From: Bacilli bacterium
GTDB taxonomy: Bacteria > Bacillota_I > Bacilli_A > RFN20 > CAG-826
Assembly (NCBI GenBank): GCA_024683495.1
Contig: JAIKYF010000071.1
Coordinates: forward strand, 1-58,756
Direction: 5' to 3'
DNA length: 58,756 nucleotides
The number at the start of each line of letters is the position of its first letter. Positions within the stretch are counted from its first letter, which is position 1. Under the pieces are notes generated by a model, which saw only the letters and a list, made by a program, of their open reading frames with translations, ran no database searches and was not told the origin of the DNA. Below, in pieces: positions 26,196 through 35,884 of the stretch. The position numbers and the translations under genes were made by a program.

Positions 26196-27105
26196 CGGTT
26201 TCACGTTCCGTTTTATATTTAAGAATAATCGCGAATATGAGGGTCGAGAAGACAGTATAGATGAGGAATAAGGCTAACCAGCCACCCATGCCTAAGTATG
26301 GGAATGCGGACTTCAAAGCGAAGCCGAAGAGGAGATAGAAGAGGATCAATATCGCTTCGCTCACGGCATAGAAGAAGACAATCGCATTGAATTCTTTTCT
26401 AGTGAGGATTCTCTTTCTTCCGGCATAGAGGAGATAAACCAATCCTGCCACTGCTGCGACTAGAAGGATGATGGCTAAGACATCAACGGCCACCAAGGAT
26501 TTGCTGACTCCTAAATAGAGGAAGAATAAGCCAAGGAAGGCGACGATGTTTGGAACGATTGGTAAGAGATACACTTTCGCCTGTTCCTTATCGTGAGGAA
26601 GGCGGGCGCTGAACCATTTGCCGATTCGAGAAGTAACTTCTCCATAATAAGCCTTATATTTAACGAAGGCTGGGAAACTGACACGCATCGCTAAGAGGTC
26701 GGTATAGAACTTGCCTTTATCAGGTCCAGAGGTATTGATGATCGCCAAGATGGGTTTATAGGATTTGAAGAAGGTTAAGACCCCTTCTAATTTCCTCTCA
26801 ACTTGGCCGGCTGGTATCCGATTCTTTAATTCGGATATCGGGCGGAGCTTTTCTTTGTTCTCGAAGCCATAGCGCTTAAGCATGCCTTCATCATAGAAAA
26901 GGGAGACTTTGATTTTATCTTCAATATTAATAGAGATGACTTTGAGGTCTTTGGCTTCCGATTTATCGGACTTAGTTAAAACGAAATCCTCTTTCTCGTC
27001 GGCGTTGACGAAATCGCTGACGAGTTTCTCGTCAGTCAAATCGTAAACCTTATCCTCGTAGGATGACGGCTCTTTCGCAGTTTTATTTTTTAAATAAAAA
27101 CTCAT
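26188..27105 (-). CDS. Membrane protein of unknown function (soluble N-terminal half, C-terminal TM bundle)
   Basis: 305-aa ORF. The C-terminal ~130 aa form four hydrophobic helices. It lies within the glycan-assembly neighbourhood. Confidence 0.55.
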   Translation of the reverse strand: MSFYLKNKTAKEPSSYEDKVYDLTDEKLVSDFVNADEKEDFVLTKSDKSEAKDLKVISINIEDKIKVSLFYDEGMLKRYGFENKEKLRPISELKNRIPAGQVERKLEGVLTFFKSYKPILAIINTSGPDKGKFYTDLLAMRVSFPAFVKYKAYYGEVTSRIGKWFSARLPHDKEQAKVYLLPIVPNIVAFLGLFFLYLGVSKSLVAVDVLAIILLVAAVAGLVYLLYAGRKRILTRKEFNAIVFFYAVSEAILILFYLLFGFALKSAFPYLGMGGWLALFLIYTVFSTLIFAIILKYKTERETVI

Positions 27106-27149
27106 AAATATACTTTATAACACAGTCCTCAAAAATCAAGAAATCGATA

Positions 27150-28661
27150 CTATTTGACGTGGTAGAAGGAGAATTCTGCTAAAGGTTGGCCAATTGAGAC
27201 GAGGTTGTAATTGGCTAAGACCACTTCTCCATAACGCTTCATGGTCTCTTCCCGGTTATTCATCAAAACCCAGGTTGGCTTATTTTCGCTAGAGAGATAA
27301 TTTGTCACTTCTTGGACAATCTCAGGCTTATCGGGAGCCCACCAGCTTTGATTGATTGGATAGATGAAATTCGGATTCATCGAACCATATTGATAGACGA
27401 CGGCATCGCAGTCAATCGCTAAGACCGAACCCGCTTTCTTTCTATCAGCTTCTGGAATCACATTGACGATGGCGTCTCTGATCGTGACGTTTTTCTGATA
27501 TGAGAAACCATATAGGCCAGGACCATAATAAGACAAAGAAATCACAAACGTATAGATGATTTCTGCCGTGATAAGTGCCATAACCGCAATCTTATTAATC
27601 CACTTAGTGAAGTCATAGGCTCTACTTAAACAATAGAGATAATAAGTCAAAGTCAAAGCGAAGAAGGAGAGACCTGCCCAATAGTAATTGGTGCTGTGGG
27701 CAACGATCAGATAGAAGACTCCGGCGGTTAAAGAAGTAACTAAGAAATAGAGGGCCAAATCCTTATTTTCTTTTCTTTGGATGAAATAGAGGTAGACCTC
27801 CACCGCCATAACCACGGCGATGATGATGCTATGAACGCCTCTTTCTAATAGATAATCATTTCTAATGATGTAATGCATTCCGTGTGGGAAGACGGCATCC
27901 ATCATCTGGACGAAATATCCTTGGCTAGCGGCGATGGGCCAAATGATCGCGCAAGGGATCAAGCATGCTCCAAGAGCGACCCCTCCATTTAGGAGCAGTC
28001 TCTTGAAATTCTTTTCCTTGATGCAAAGGACGAGCATATAAATCGCCCCAGTCACACCCCAAATCGCATCGAGGGGGCGTGAATTAATGGAAAGCCCCAC
28101 TTCTAATCCCATAAAGAAGGAACCGATGAGGAAGGATTTATCTTCATCGTGCCCTAGTATCGCTTTTGTGTAGTGATAGATGAAGATGGTGACAAACGGC
28201 AGCATCCATTCACCTTCAAGATTTCCAGAACCGATGATTGAGGTAATTCCAGAGACAAGGACAATCGCGAATGCCCGGTGGATGAATTTGCTTCCTTCAA
28301 ATAAGCGAACGGTTTTTAGAAGGAAGAGATTCGAGATGAAGGCATGAACGATTTCAAGAATCCAAATGCCTGTCCGACCTCCAATGATAATTCCGAGGCA
28401 ATCAATGTAGAGGTGATAGAGACCTTTGTGATCATAGAAGTTCAAATAAGGTTTAGCGCCACCCAACATCTGAGTCGCCTCGAAATAGAAATAGTTGGAG
28501 TCAAGATTGATATAGTCATAACTCGACATCCCATATAGAGGCGAGTTGGCGGTCGAGGCGAAAAAGCAAGTGAAGAAAGCGAAAAACGCAGATAGCAAAA
28601 TGTCCATCACAAATGGATGGGCAGAACGAAATGATTTTATGCTATTCCAGATTTTGTTCAT
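27150..28661 (-). CDS. Polytopic membrane protein, possibly a GT-C fold (ArnT/PMT-like) glycosyltransferase
   Basis: About 12 TM helices followed by a ~110-aa soluble C-terminal domain. Start chosen at MNKIWNSIK (the track start is 28691). The function is inferred from topology and context only. Confidence 0.4.
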   Translation of the reverse strand: MNKIWNSIKSFRSAHPFVMDILLSAFFAFFTCFFASTANSPLYGMSSYDYINLDSNYFYFEATQMLGGAKPYLNFYDHKGLYHLYIDCLGIIIGGRTGIWILEIVHAFISNLFLLKTVRLFEGSKFIHRAFAIVLVSGITSIIGSGNLEGEWMLPFVTIFIYHYTKAILGHDEDKSFLIGSFFMGLEVGLSINSRPLDAIWGVTGAIYMLVLCIKEKNFKRLLLNGGVALGACLIPCAIIWPIAASQGYFVQMMDAVFPHGMHYIIRNDYLLERGVHSIIIAVVMAVEVYLYFIQRKENKDLALYFLVTSLTAGVFYLIVAHSTNYYWAGLSFFALTLTYYLYCLSRAYDFTKWINKIAVMALITAEIIYTFVISLSYYGPGLYGFSYQKNVTIRDAIVNVIPEADRKKAGSVLAIDCDAVVYQYGSMNPNFIYPINQSWWAPDKPEIVQEVTNYLSSENKPTWVLMNNREETMKRYGEVVLANYNLVSIGQPLAEFSFYHVK

Positions 28662-28764
28662 TTTGGTCGACGCACGTGTGAGCGCGTGCATAGCGTGACT
28701 AATGCCAGCAAATATGCTGGCAAACGCTGCTTTTAGGCCTTCCTCTCGCGAGAAAGTCTTTTGT

Positions 28765-28793
28765 ATTATATCAACGTCAATTCTCTTTTACAA
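28765..28793 (-). promoter_or_regulatory. Sigma-70-type promoter for the 27150-28661 gene
   Basis: On the minus strand: TTGTAA, 17-nt spacer, then an extended -10 TGATATAAT. Confidence 0.5.
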
Positions 28794-28938
28794 AGTAAAG
28801 AGAAAAACTCATCCTTACAAATCGACACTTTCTTCCTTGCTTTTGACTAAATAGCCCAATCCCGAAAATATTAAATTAATTTTCTAAGCTCTAGTTTTCC
28901 TAACTCTCATCAGATGGCGATTTGCGGTGAGACCCCTA

Positions 28939-28965
28939 CCCCTCCATAAGAAAAGAGGGGTTTTT
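28939..28965 (+). terminator. Orphan rho-independent terminator with no upstream plus-strand gene
   Basis: CCCCTC cataagaaaa GAGGGG followed by TTTTT. Confidence 0.5.
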
Positions 28966-29019
28966 GATTAACCCTATTAAGTTCAAAAAACAAGAATTTT
29001 CGAAATTTTAGCCTCCATT

Positions 29020-29049
29020 TTGCAAACTGAATGATTTTTCAATTACAAT
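29020..29049 (+). promoter_or_regulatory. Possible promoter of the antitoxin-like gene
   Basis: TTGCAA, 18-nt spacer, TACAAT, about 55 nt upstream of the ATG. Confidence 0.35.
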
Positions 29050-29102
29050 GTATAGCAAAATGATGTATATTTTATTCATAGATAATTAGTTGAGGTCGAA
29101 TT

Positions 29103-29315
29103 ATGGATAAAGAAACAATCACCGTTAGGTTAGATCATGCCACCAAAAGAGAGGCTGAGGTCCTCTTTGCTGAGCTTGGGATGAGTATGTCAGCGGCTAT
29201 CACAATCTTCCTTAAGCAAGCGGTTAGGGAAGGCAAAATACCCTTTGAAATTAAGCGTGAAAAACCTTCTAACACCAACGCAGGTAGAAAGGTTAAACCT
29301 CTTCATAAGAAGTAA
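29103..29315 (+). CDS. RelB/DinJ-family antitoxin-like protein (orphan)
   Basis: The 70-aa sequence ITVRLDHATKREAEVLFAELGMSMSAAITIFLKQAVREGKIPFEI matches the DinJ/RelB ribbon-helix-helix consensus. GAGG RBS. Confidence 0.75.
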   Translation: MDKETITVRLDHATKREAEVLFAELGMSMSAAITIFLKQAVREGKIPFEIKREKPSNTNAGRKVKPLHKK

Positions 29316-29345
29316 AAAGTTCGATAATCACTTATTTTTCAAATA

Positions 29346-29376
29346 AAAAAGTCATCTCAGAAAACGAGATGACTTT
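29346..29376. terminator. Bidirectional terminator between the antitoxin gene and galE
   Basis: AAAAGTCATCTC agaaaac GAGATGACTTTT. Confidence 0.7.
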
Positions 29377-29396
29377 TACATTAAGGTGATTATCGA

Positions 29397-30413
29397 CTAC
29401 TTGATGCCGTCAGGATTCTTCTTCTGGAAATTGAAGGCATCGCGGCAAGCATCGACAACATTGTATTTAGCCTTCCAGCCGAGCTCTTCGGAGGCTTTGT
29501 CGCAGTTAGCGTAGTTTTCGGCGACGTCTCCTGCTCTAGGAGGATAGATCTTATAAGGAACTTTGACACCAGTGGCTTCTTCGAAGGCGTGAACCATCTC
29601 TAAGACGGAGGTTCCTTTGCCTGTGCCGAGGTTATAAATGACTAAACCTGGGTTCTTATCGAGCTTTTTAAGGGTGGCGACGTGTCCTTCGGCTAAATCG
29701 ACGACATGGATATAATCACGGATTCCGGTGCCGTCAGGAGTTGGATAGGTATCTCCCCAGATACGGAGGTGGTCACGTTTTCCGATCGCGACTTGGGAGA
29801 TGTAAGGCATGAGGTTATTGGGGATGCCGTTAGGATCTTCGCCAAGTAATCCCGATGGATGAGCGCCGATGGGGTTGAAGTAACGAAGCAAGGCAACGTT
29901 TAATTCTTTCCAAGCGGCTTGGGTATCCATTAGGATATGCTCGATCATGACTTTGGTTTCGCCATAAGGATTGGTGGCGTGGGTGACGGGGTCGGATTCA
30001 GTGAGAGGGACTCTTTCAGGAACACCATAGACTGTCGCGGAGGAGGAGAAGACGATGTTTCTAACATCGAATTCCTTCATAACCTTTAATAAGGTTAAGC
30101 TGGACATGAGATTGTTTTGATAATAGAGAAGGGGCTTTTCAACGGATTCTCCAACTGCTTTTAATCCAGCAAAATGGATGACGGCATCGATTTTATATTG
30201 GGCGAAGACCTTTCTGAGAGGCTCTTCATCGCAAACATCTAATTTGATGAATGGGACTCTTTTGCCCGTGATGGTTTCGATGCGGTCGAGAACCGCCTCT
30301 TTGGAATTCGACAGATTGTCGACGATGACTGGTTCATAGCCATTGTTGATGAGGGCGATGACAGTCTCGGAACCGATGAAACCTAATCCACCGGTAACTA
30401 AAATGGTGTGCAT
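29397..30413 (-). CDS. galE: UDP-glucose 4-epimerase
   Basis: NAD-binding VTGGLGFIGS, catalytic YGETK (YxxxK), 338 aa and GalE-like throughout. Confidence 0.9.
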   Translation of the reverse strand: MHTILVTGGLGFIGSETVIALINNGYEPVIVDNLSNSKEAVLDRIETITGKRVPFIKLDVCDEEPLRKVFAQYKIDAVIHFAGLKAVGESVEKPLLYYQNNLMSSLTLLKVMKEFDVRNIVFSSSATVYGVPERVPLTESDPVTHATNPYGETKVMIEHILMDTQAAWKELNVALLRYFNPIGAHPSGLLGEDPNGIPNNLMPYISQVAIGKRDHLRIWGDTYPTPDGTGIRDYIHVVDLAEGHVATLKKLDKNPGLVIYNLGTGKGTSVLEMVHAFEEATGVKVPYKIYPPRAGDVAENYANCDKASEELGWKAKYNVVDACRDAFNFQKKNPDGIK

Positions 30414-30422
30414 AAGTACTCC

Positions 30423-31169
30423 TTATTCTTCTTCTTTTTTATCTTTCTTAGCAGGTTTCTGCTTAGAGACTTTTTTCTTCTTCCTGGCCTTATGGATTCT
30501 TTCGGCTTCGGCGGAATCGTTTTCTTCTTCGCGGCGTTTTTCTCTTTCGCCCCGATTCTTCAATTCATGGAAGGCTTCGCCGTTTTTCTCTTCGCCAATC
30601 TTGGTCAGGATGGTTTTGGCGAGCATTTGGTAAACCCCAGCTTGGATGGACATTCTAAGGGCAATCAAGCCTAAGGAGTCCCGGAGATTATCTTCGCAGT
30701 GCTCGTCGTTTTTGGCGACGTCGTTATCGTATTTCTGAAGATAAACTTCGAGTTTTTTCCTGAGATTTATCGCATAGTTTTGGAGGATATCGATTCTCAT
30801 CCCGCGGAAGAAGCGATACAAAATCGATTTATCCGGGGAGACATCTCCATCCATCTCAATGAGAAGGGCGATATCGGAGATCGATAAGGTGCTCTTCAAA
30901 GAGGTGATCGCGATGAGATAGCCAAGATGGTCCACCCCATATTTCTTATTGACTGGGGCATCGATGATCCCGGCTTTGACGTAGTTATTGACCATGAAAG
31001 AGGTCAACTTGTCTTTATCGGAAGTCGAAAGATCTTTGAAGATATCGTTGAGATATTCGATGACTTGTTCCATGTATAAAGGAACTCGCGGCAACTGGTC
31101 GTAAGTAGGAAGATCGTAATTTTCGATGGCTTTGAGCCAACTGAGAATCTCATCCGCTTCTTTTTTCAT
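30423..31169 (-). CDS. DUF1836-like protein with a Lys/Glu-rich C-terminal tail
   Basis: LTSFMVNNYVKAGIIDAPVNKKYGVDHLGYLIAITSLKSTLSISDI resembles the DUF1836 family. The C-terminus reads REKRREEE...KKKKVSKQKPAKKDKKEEE. Confidence 0.45.
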   Translation of the reverse strand: MKKEADEILSWLKAIENYDLPTYDQLPRVPLYMEQVIEYLNDIFKDLSTSDKDKLTSFMVNNYVKAGIIDAPVNKKYGVDHLGYLIAITSLKSTLSISDIALLIEMDGDVSPDKSILYRFFRGMRIDILQNYAINLRKKLEVYLQKYDNDVAKNDEHCEDNLRDSLGLIALRMSIQAGVYQMLAKTILTKIGEEKNGEAFHELKNRGEREKRREEENDSAEAERIHKARKKKKVSKQKPAKKDKKEEE

Positions 31170-31171
31170 GG

Positions 31172-32602
31172 CTATCGTTTCAATAACTCCTCTTTTAATA
31201 AGCGAGAGGCTTCGGCTGGGTTAACCTTGCCTTTCGATAATTTCATGATTTGGCCAACGAGGAAGCCTAAGGCTCTGTCTTTGCCGGCTTTGAAGTCGGC
31301 GATGGATTGAGGATTGGCATCCAAAACCTGAGTTACGAAGCCCATAATCGCCCCGGTATCGGAGACCTGGGCCACGATGTTGAGGGCTTTTTGAGCGTCT
31401 TTAGGGGAGAGGGTTGGTTCTTCAAGGACTTTGAAGAGGATATCCGCGCATTGCTTATGGGATAAGCCACCTTCTTCTTGAAGAAGAACGATCTCGGCAA
31501 GAGTCTCAGGCTTGAGGCTCAAATCAGTGATTTTCAAAACGTTCTTATTGAGATAGGCATTGATTTCGACGATCAAGAAGTTCGCTAAATCCTTAGGGTT
31601 CTTGACTTTGTCCATCGCCTTCTCAAAGTAAGAGGCCATATCGATATTGGAGAGAATGATCTCAACATCGGACAAGGCGAGTCCGGCTTTAAGATATCTC
31701 TCTTTCTTGGAATCATATAATTCAGGGCAGGTTCTGATCGCGTTTTCGACGAACTCATCGGAGAGATGAATCGGGGTGATGTTCGGCTCACAGAAATATT
31801 TATAGTCGACCGCGTCGGTCTTGACTCTCATCAAAACGGTTTTGCCCGAGGCCTCATCCCATCTTCTAGTCTCCTGACGGACTTTTTCTCCAGAGAGCAA
31901 AAGCTGCGATTGACGCTTGATCTCATAATCGATCGCCGCTTCGATGCTCTTGAAGGAGTTGATGTTTTTGACTTCGACCTTGGTGCCGAATTCCTTCTGG
32001 CCGATTGGCCTAATGGAGACGTTGGTGTCGCATCTAAGCGAGCCTTCTTCCATCTTGCCATCGCTTGTCCCGCTATAAAGGACGATATTCCTGATGGTTT
32101 CGACATATTTCATGGCTTCGGTGCCGTTAGACATCTCAGGGAGAGAGACGATTTCCACTAAAGGAACGCCAGCCCGGTTATAGTCAAGCAAGGTGTAATC
32201 CATGAAGTGAAGCTGCTTGCAGGTATCTTCTTCCATGTGGATTCTTTCGATGCCGATTTTCTTTTTCACTCCATCGATTTCGACTTCAAGATAGCCGTTT
32301 TTGCCGATGGGTCGGGCTTGTTGAGTGATCTGGAAGCCCTTTGGAAGATCGGAATAGAAATAATTCTTCCGGTCGAAATATAAGGTATGGTCAATTTCCA
32401 TATGAAGGGCGTTGGCAACGCGGATGGCGTTGATGACGGCTTGCTTATTGACCACTGGCATCGTGCCAGGGAAGGCCATATCTAATGGGGCGACTTGGGT
32501 GTTGGGTTCTCTAGAGAAACCAACCGGGGCCGAGGAAAACATTTTCGATTTAGTCTTCATCTCGACGTGGATCTCTAATCCGATGACCGCTTCGAAATTC
32601 AT
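31172..32602 (-). CDS. gatB: Asp/Glu-tRNA amidotransferase subunit B
   Basis: N-terminus FEAVIGLEIHVEM, 476 aa, in gatCAB order. Confidence 0.92.
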   Translation of the reverse strand: MNFEAVIGLEIHVEMKTKSKMFSSAPVGFSREPNTQVAPLDMAFPGTMPVVNKQAVINAIRVANALHMEIDHTLYFDRKNYFYSDLPKGFQITQQARPIGKNGYLEVEIDGVKKKIGIERIHMEEDTCKQLHFMDYTLLDYNRAGVPLVEIVSLPEMSNGTEAMKYVETIRNIVLYSGTSDGKMEEGSLRCDTNVSIRPIGQKEFGTKVEVKNINSFKSIEAAIDYEIKRQSQLLLSGEKVRQETRRWDEASGKTVLMRVKTDAVDYKYFCEPNITPIHLSDEFVENAIRTCPELYDSKKERYLKAGLALSDVEIILSNIDMASYFEKAMDKVKNPKDLANFLIVEINAYLNKNVLKITDLSLKPETLAEIVLLQEEGGLSHKQCADILFKVLEEPTLSPKDAQKALNIVAQVSDTGAIMGFVTQVLDANPQSIADFKAGKDRALGFLVGQIMKLSKGKVNPAEASRLLKEELLKR

Positions 32603-34068
32603 AGATTTCCCTCCTTCTTGTTGAGCGCACTGAGATCGGCTAGGCCTGAGATATCCTCGAAGGTCTTAGCGATATTGAAGAGCTTTCTTTCTTCGAAAGC
32701 CTTGCCCATGAAGTTGACCCCTAAGGGCAAGCCATCTTCAAAGCCCAAAGGCAAAGTAATCGATGGGAGGCCAGCGAAATTGCCAAGGCAAAGATGGTTG
32801 TCGGCGATTAAGTATTCATCAGAGAGCTTATCGCTGGCCCCATCGAATAATCCGGCGACGCCTGGGGCGGCGGGGGCATAGATGAAGTCGGCATTATCTA
32901 AGATCTCATTGATTTTGGCGACGATTTTCGCGCGGTTACGCTGCGCGCGGAGGAAGAGTTCTTCTTGGTTCTCTCTCATTAAGCAATAAGAACCGATGAC
33001 GAAACGTCTTTTGATGAGTTCGGAGAAGCCTTTGGTTCTGGCATTGAACATGACTTCTTGATAGGTGTTGCCACCTTCATAGGGGCCGAACTTGATGCCA
33101 TCTAAGTTGGCATCGTTAGAGGTCGCTTCGGCGCATGAAATGACGATATAGGTCGCATATAAAGACTCAAGAAGCTCTTTGCCGAATTCCACTTCGTGGA
33201 TTTCGACGCCTTTCTTTTTGAGTTCTTCAAGGGATTTATTGAATTTCTTAAGAAGGACTTTGTTAGTGATGGAATCAACGATGTCTTTAAGGACGGCGAC
33301 TCTCATTCCCTTAACATCTTTATGGAGGTCAGCGGCATAGTCTTCGACTGGTCTAGTAGAGCTGGTCGAATCGTTTTCGTCGCGGCCCGATAAAGCATTA
33401 AGGGCATAGGCGCTTAAGGAGACGTCTCTAGTGAAATAAGCGACATGGTCTAAAGATGGGGCGAAGGGGAATAAGCCATAGCGGGAGATTCTTCCCCAAG
33501 TTGGCTTCATACCCACTAAACCAGCATAAGAAGCGGGTTTTCTCACGGAATCGCCGGTGTCGCTGCCAAGAGCAAAGGGGACTAAGCCCGCGGCCACTGA
33601 GGCAGCCGATCCACAAGAAGAGCCACCGACCATATGGAGGTGCTTTTCATCATAGGGGTTATAGGTTTTGCCTAAGTGCCCGGTAGTGCCGGTCCCACCC
33701 ATGGCGAGTTCATCGAGGGTGGTTTTGCCAATCATGACCATCTTGGCGTCTTTGAGTTTTTTGACGACGGTCGCATCATAAATGGGGACATAGCCATTGA
33801 GGATATTGGAAGAGGCAGTTGTCTCCACTCCTTTGGTGGAGAAATTGTCTTTCGCGAAATAAGGGATGCCCCATAATGGGTTATCCACTTCTGGTTCAGT
33901 GAGGGTTTTTGCAAACGCGATGGCGTTTTCCTCATCTAATCTTTCAATCGCGTTGTTATTGTCTTCTTTTGCGCGCTTAAGAGCCTCAAGAGTGAGTTCA
34001 AGAGGGGTGACTTCTTTTTTGACGAGGGCCTCATGGAGGGCATCAATGCTTAAATCTAAATAGTTCAT
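32599..34068 (-). CDS. gatA: Asp/Glu-tRNA amidotransferase subunit A
   Basis: Amidase signature GGSSCGSAASVAAG, 489 aa, overlapping its neighbours. Confidence 0.92.
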   Translation of the reverse strand: MNYLDLSIDALHEALVKKEVTPLELTLEALKRAKEDNNNAIERLDEENAIAFAKTLTEPEVDNPLWGIPYFAKDNFSTKGVETTASSNILNGYVPIYDATVVKKLKDAKMVMIGKTTLDELAMGGTGTTGHLGKTYNPYDEKHLHMVGGSSCGSAASVAAGLVPFALGSDTGDSVRKPASYAGLVGMKPTWGRISRYGLFPFAPSLDHVAYFTRDVSLSAYALNALSGRDENDSTSSTRPVEDYAADLHKDVKGMRVAVLKDIVDSITNKVLLKKFNKSLEELKKKGVEIHEVEFGKELLESLYATYIVISCAEATSNDANLDGIKFGPYEGGNTYQEVMFNARTKGFSELIKRRFVIGSYCLMRENQEELFLRAQRNRAKIVAKINEILDNADFIYAPAAPGVAGLFDGASDKLSDEYLIADNHLCLGNFAGLPSITLPLGFEDGLPLGVNFMGKAFEERKLFNIAKTFEDISGLADLSALNKKEGNL

Positions 34069-34364
34069 TAGAGCACCACCTTTGGCAATTTGATCTCGTT
34101 ATCTTGCACATTTCCGGCGTTTTCGAGGACTTCTTCGCGGGGAAGAGGCTCTTTGGCTTCGTCTTCTCTAAGGAAGTCGGTCGTGCAGTCGAAAGGGAAA
34201 GTCATCGGAGCGAAGTCTTCTAAGCCTTCGATTTTCCCGATGTTGCCCATTTGTTTGGTCAGGATCTGGAATTCGTCATATAGAGTCTGATATTCTTCCT
34301 CAGACATCGTAAATAAAAGACGATTCGCGGCATCCTTTAGAACATCCATTGTAATAGTCTTCAT
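34068..34364 (-). CDS. gatC: Asp/Glu-tRNA amidotransferase subunit C
   Basis: 98 aa from MKTITMDVLKDAANRL. It overlaps the gatA start by 1 nt. The track start at 34394 adds 10 residues. Confidence 0.85.
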   Translation of the reverse strand: MKTITMDVLKDAANRLLFTMSEEEYQTLYDEFQILTKQMGNIGKIEGLEDFAPMTFPFDCTTDFLREDEAKEPLPREEVLENAGNVQDNEIKLPKVVL

Positions 34365-34475
34365 ATCTTTTACCTGCCGAGAAAAGATTACCACTTTTAA
34401 GTGGTATAGAAAACTAGTTAATGCGAAATAGATACTAAGTAAGGCGGTTTTTTCTTCTTTTTTAGTGAAAATGCA

Positions 34476-34500
34476 AAAGAAAAAGGGGCGTAACCCCTTT
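34476..34500 (-). terminator. Terminator after the GT2 gene
   Basis: On the minus strand: AAAGGGG ttacg CCCCTTTTTCTTTT. Confidence 0.6.
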
Positions 34501-34519
34501 AAATCTCAACAAGATTTAA

Positions 34520-35884
34520 TTATTTCTTTTGCTTCTCTCTTTCTTCGGCAACCAAGGCTTCAGGGTCGGCCACGACGTGGTGAGGAATTGGTTTCCAAGA
34601 GATTTTCATGAATAAGCAAGCGATGGAAATCGGTCCGCTGATCATGTCAAACAAAGGCCAGAATAAGGTATAGAAGATGGCTTGGAAGACATTGAAGTGG
34701 ACTCTTCTCCATTCACGGATGATGACGATGGCCCCGATGACGAGTCCTCCGACATATTGGCCGACGAAGAGGTTAATGACGTAAGAGAGGAAATCCCAGG
34801 GGGTATATCCGACGTATCCTGGAGTCAATAAATAAAGAGTCAAGGATAAGACGGCGTGGATGAAAGGCATGAGTAAGCTCATCAAGCCATATGGGAAGAG
34901 TTCCCAATAGGTATCGTATTTGGACCACTTAGGTTTCTTGAAGAAAGACTTAACTAAGTACCAGCCCCAAAGCCACCAAGCATTGATGGAGCCTCTTTGC
35001 CAACGGAGTCTTTGTCTCATAGAAATCTTTAGCGTCGCAGGCTGCTCATCATAATAATAGGCTTCTTCGGTATAGCCGATTCTTCCATCTTCGGCGATGA
35101 TTTTGGCGGTCATCTCGAAGTCTTCGGATAAGCCGGTGGTTTGCCAGCCATTCTTCAATAAATGGCTTCTCATGACAAAGCCAGTCCCGCAGATGCCATC
35201 ATCGGTGCGGAGGATGGAGCGGGGACGATGGGAGAAGACGGTGCCGCGGTACATGTTCATACCGTTAATGGCACTGAGCCAAGATTCGGAAAGGTTCTTG
35301 ACGTTGCGATAGGCGTTCATGACATCGTAGCCATCTTGGAGGGCGTTATTCATTTTCTCAATGAAATCGGGGGCCAAGACGTTATCGGAATCGATGAAGA
35401 ACCAGCCTTCGTATGATTCGATGTCGATGACTTTCTTTAATTCGTTGAAAAGGAACTGAAGGGCATATCCCTTTCTGGCATGGGCCAAATCATGCCTTTC
35501 ATAGACGATGGCCCCATGGGCTCTCGCCACTTCAGCGGTCTTATCGTCGCAGTTATCGGCGACGACATAGATATCGACTAATTCTTTTGGATAGGTTTGG
35601 CTATGGATGGAATCGATGAGGTTGCCGATGACGGCTTCTTCGTTTCTGGCAGATAAAGCGAAGGCGTAGCGCTTATCCATCGGCTTCGCGGTGTATTTTC
35701 TTGGCTTAGCGAATAAGCCGATGATCATATATAAAACACGGAAAGCAGTAAAAACACCGAGCAAAAACGTCACGGATGTAAAGAAGAGGTTTAACCAGCC
35801 CTGAGCCATTTCAGGGTGTTCTCTAATAAGATGAATGCCGAATGAGGTTAAGAACCAATCAACAAGCCAATCCCAGAAGTTCAT
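34520..35884 (-). CDS. Membrane-bound processive family-2 glycosyltransferase
   Basis: DxD-type motifs (VVADNCDD, FIDSDN) and the QxxRW motif (QRLRWQRG), with flanking TM helices. Start chosen at MNFWDWLV. Confidence 0.75.
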   Translation of the reverse strand: MNFWDWLVDWFLTSFGIHLIREHPEMAQGWLNLFFTSVTFLLGVFTAFRVLYMIIGLFAKPRKYTAKPMDKRYAFALSARNEEAVIGNLIDSIHSQTYPKELVDIYVVADNCDDKTAEVARAHGAIVYERHDLAHARKGYALQFLFNELKKVIDIESYEGWFFIDSDNVLAPDFIEKMNNALQDGYDVMNAYRNVKNLSESWLSAINGMNMYRGTVFSHRPRSILRTDDGICGTGFVMRSHLLKNGWQTTGLSEDFEMTAKIIAEDGRIGYTEEAYYYDEQPATLKISMRQRLRWQRGSINAWWLWGWYLVKSFFKKPKWSKYDTYWELFPYGLMSLLMPFIHAVLSLTLYLLTPGYVGYTPWDFLSYVINLFVGQYVGGLVIGAIVIIREWRRVHFNVFQAIFYTLFWPLFDMISGPISIACLFMKISWKPIPHHVVADPEALVAEEREKQKK

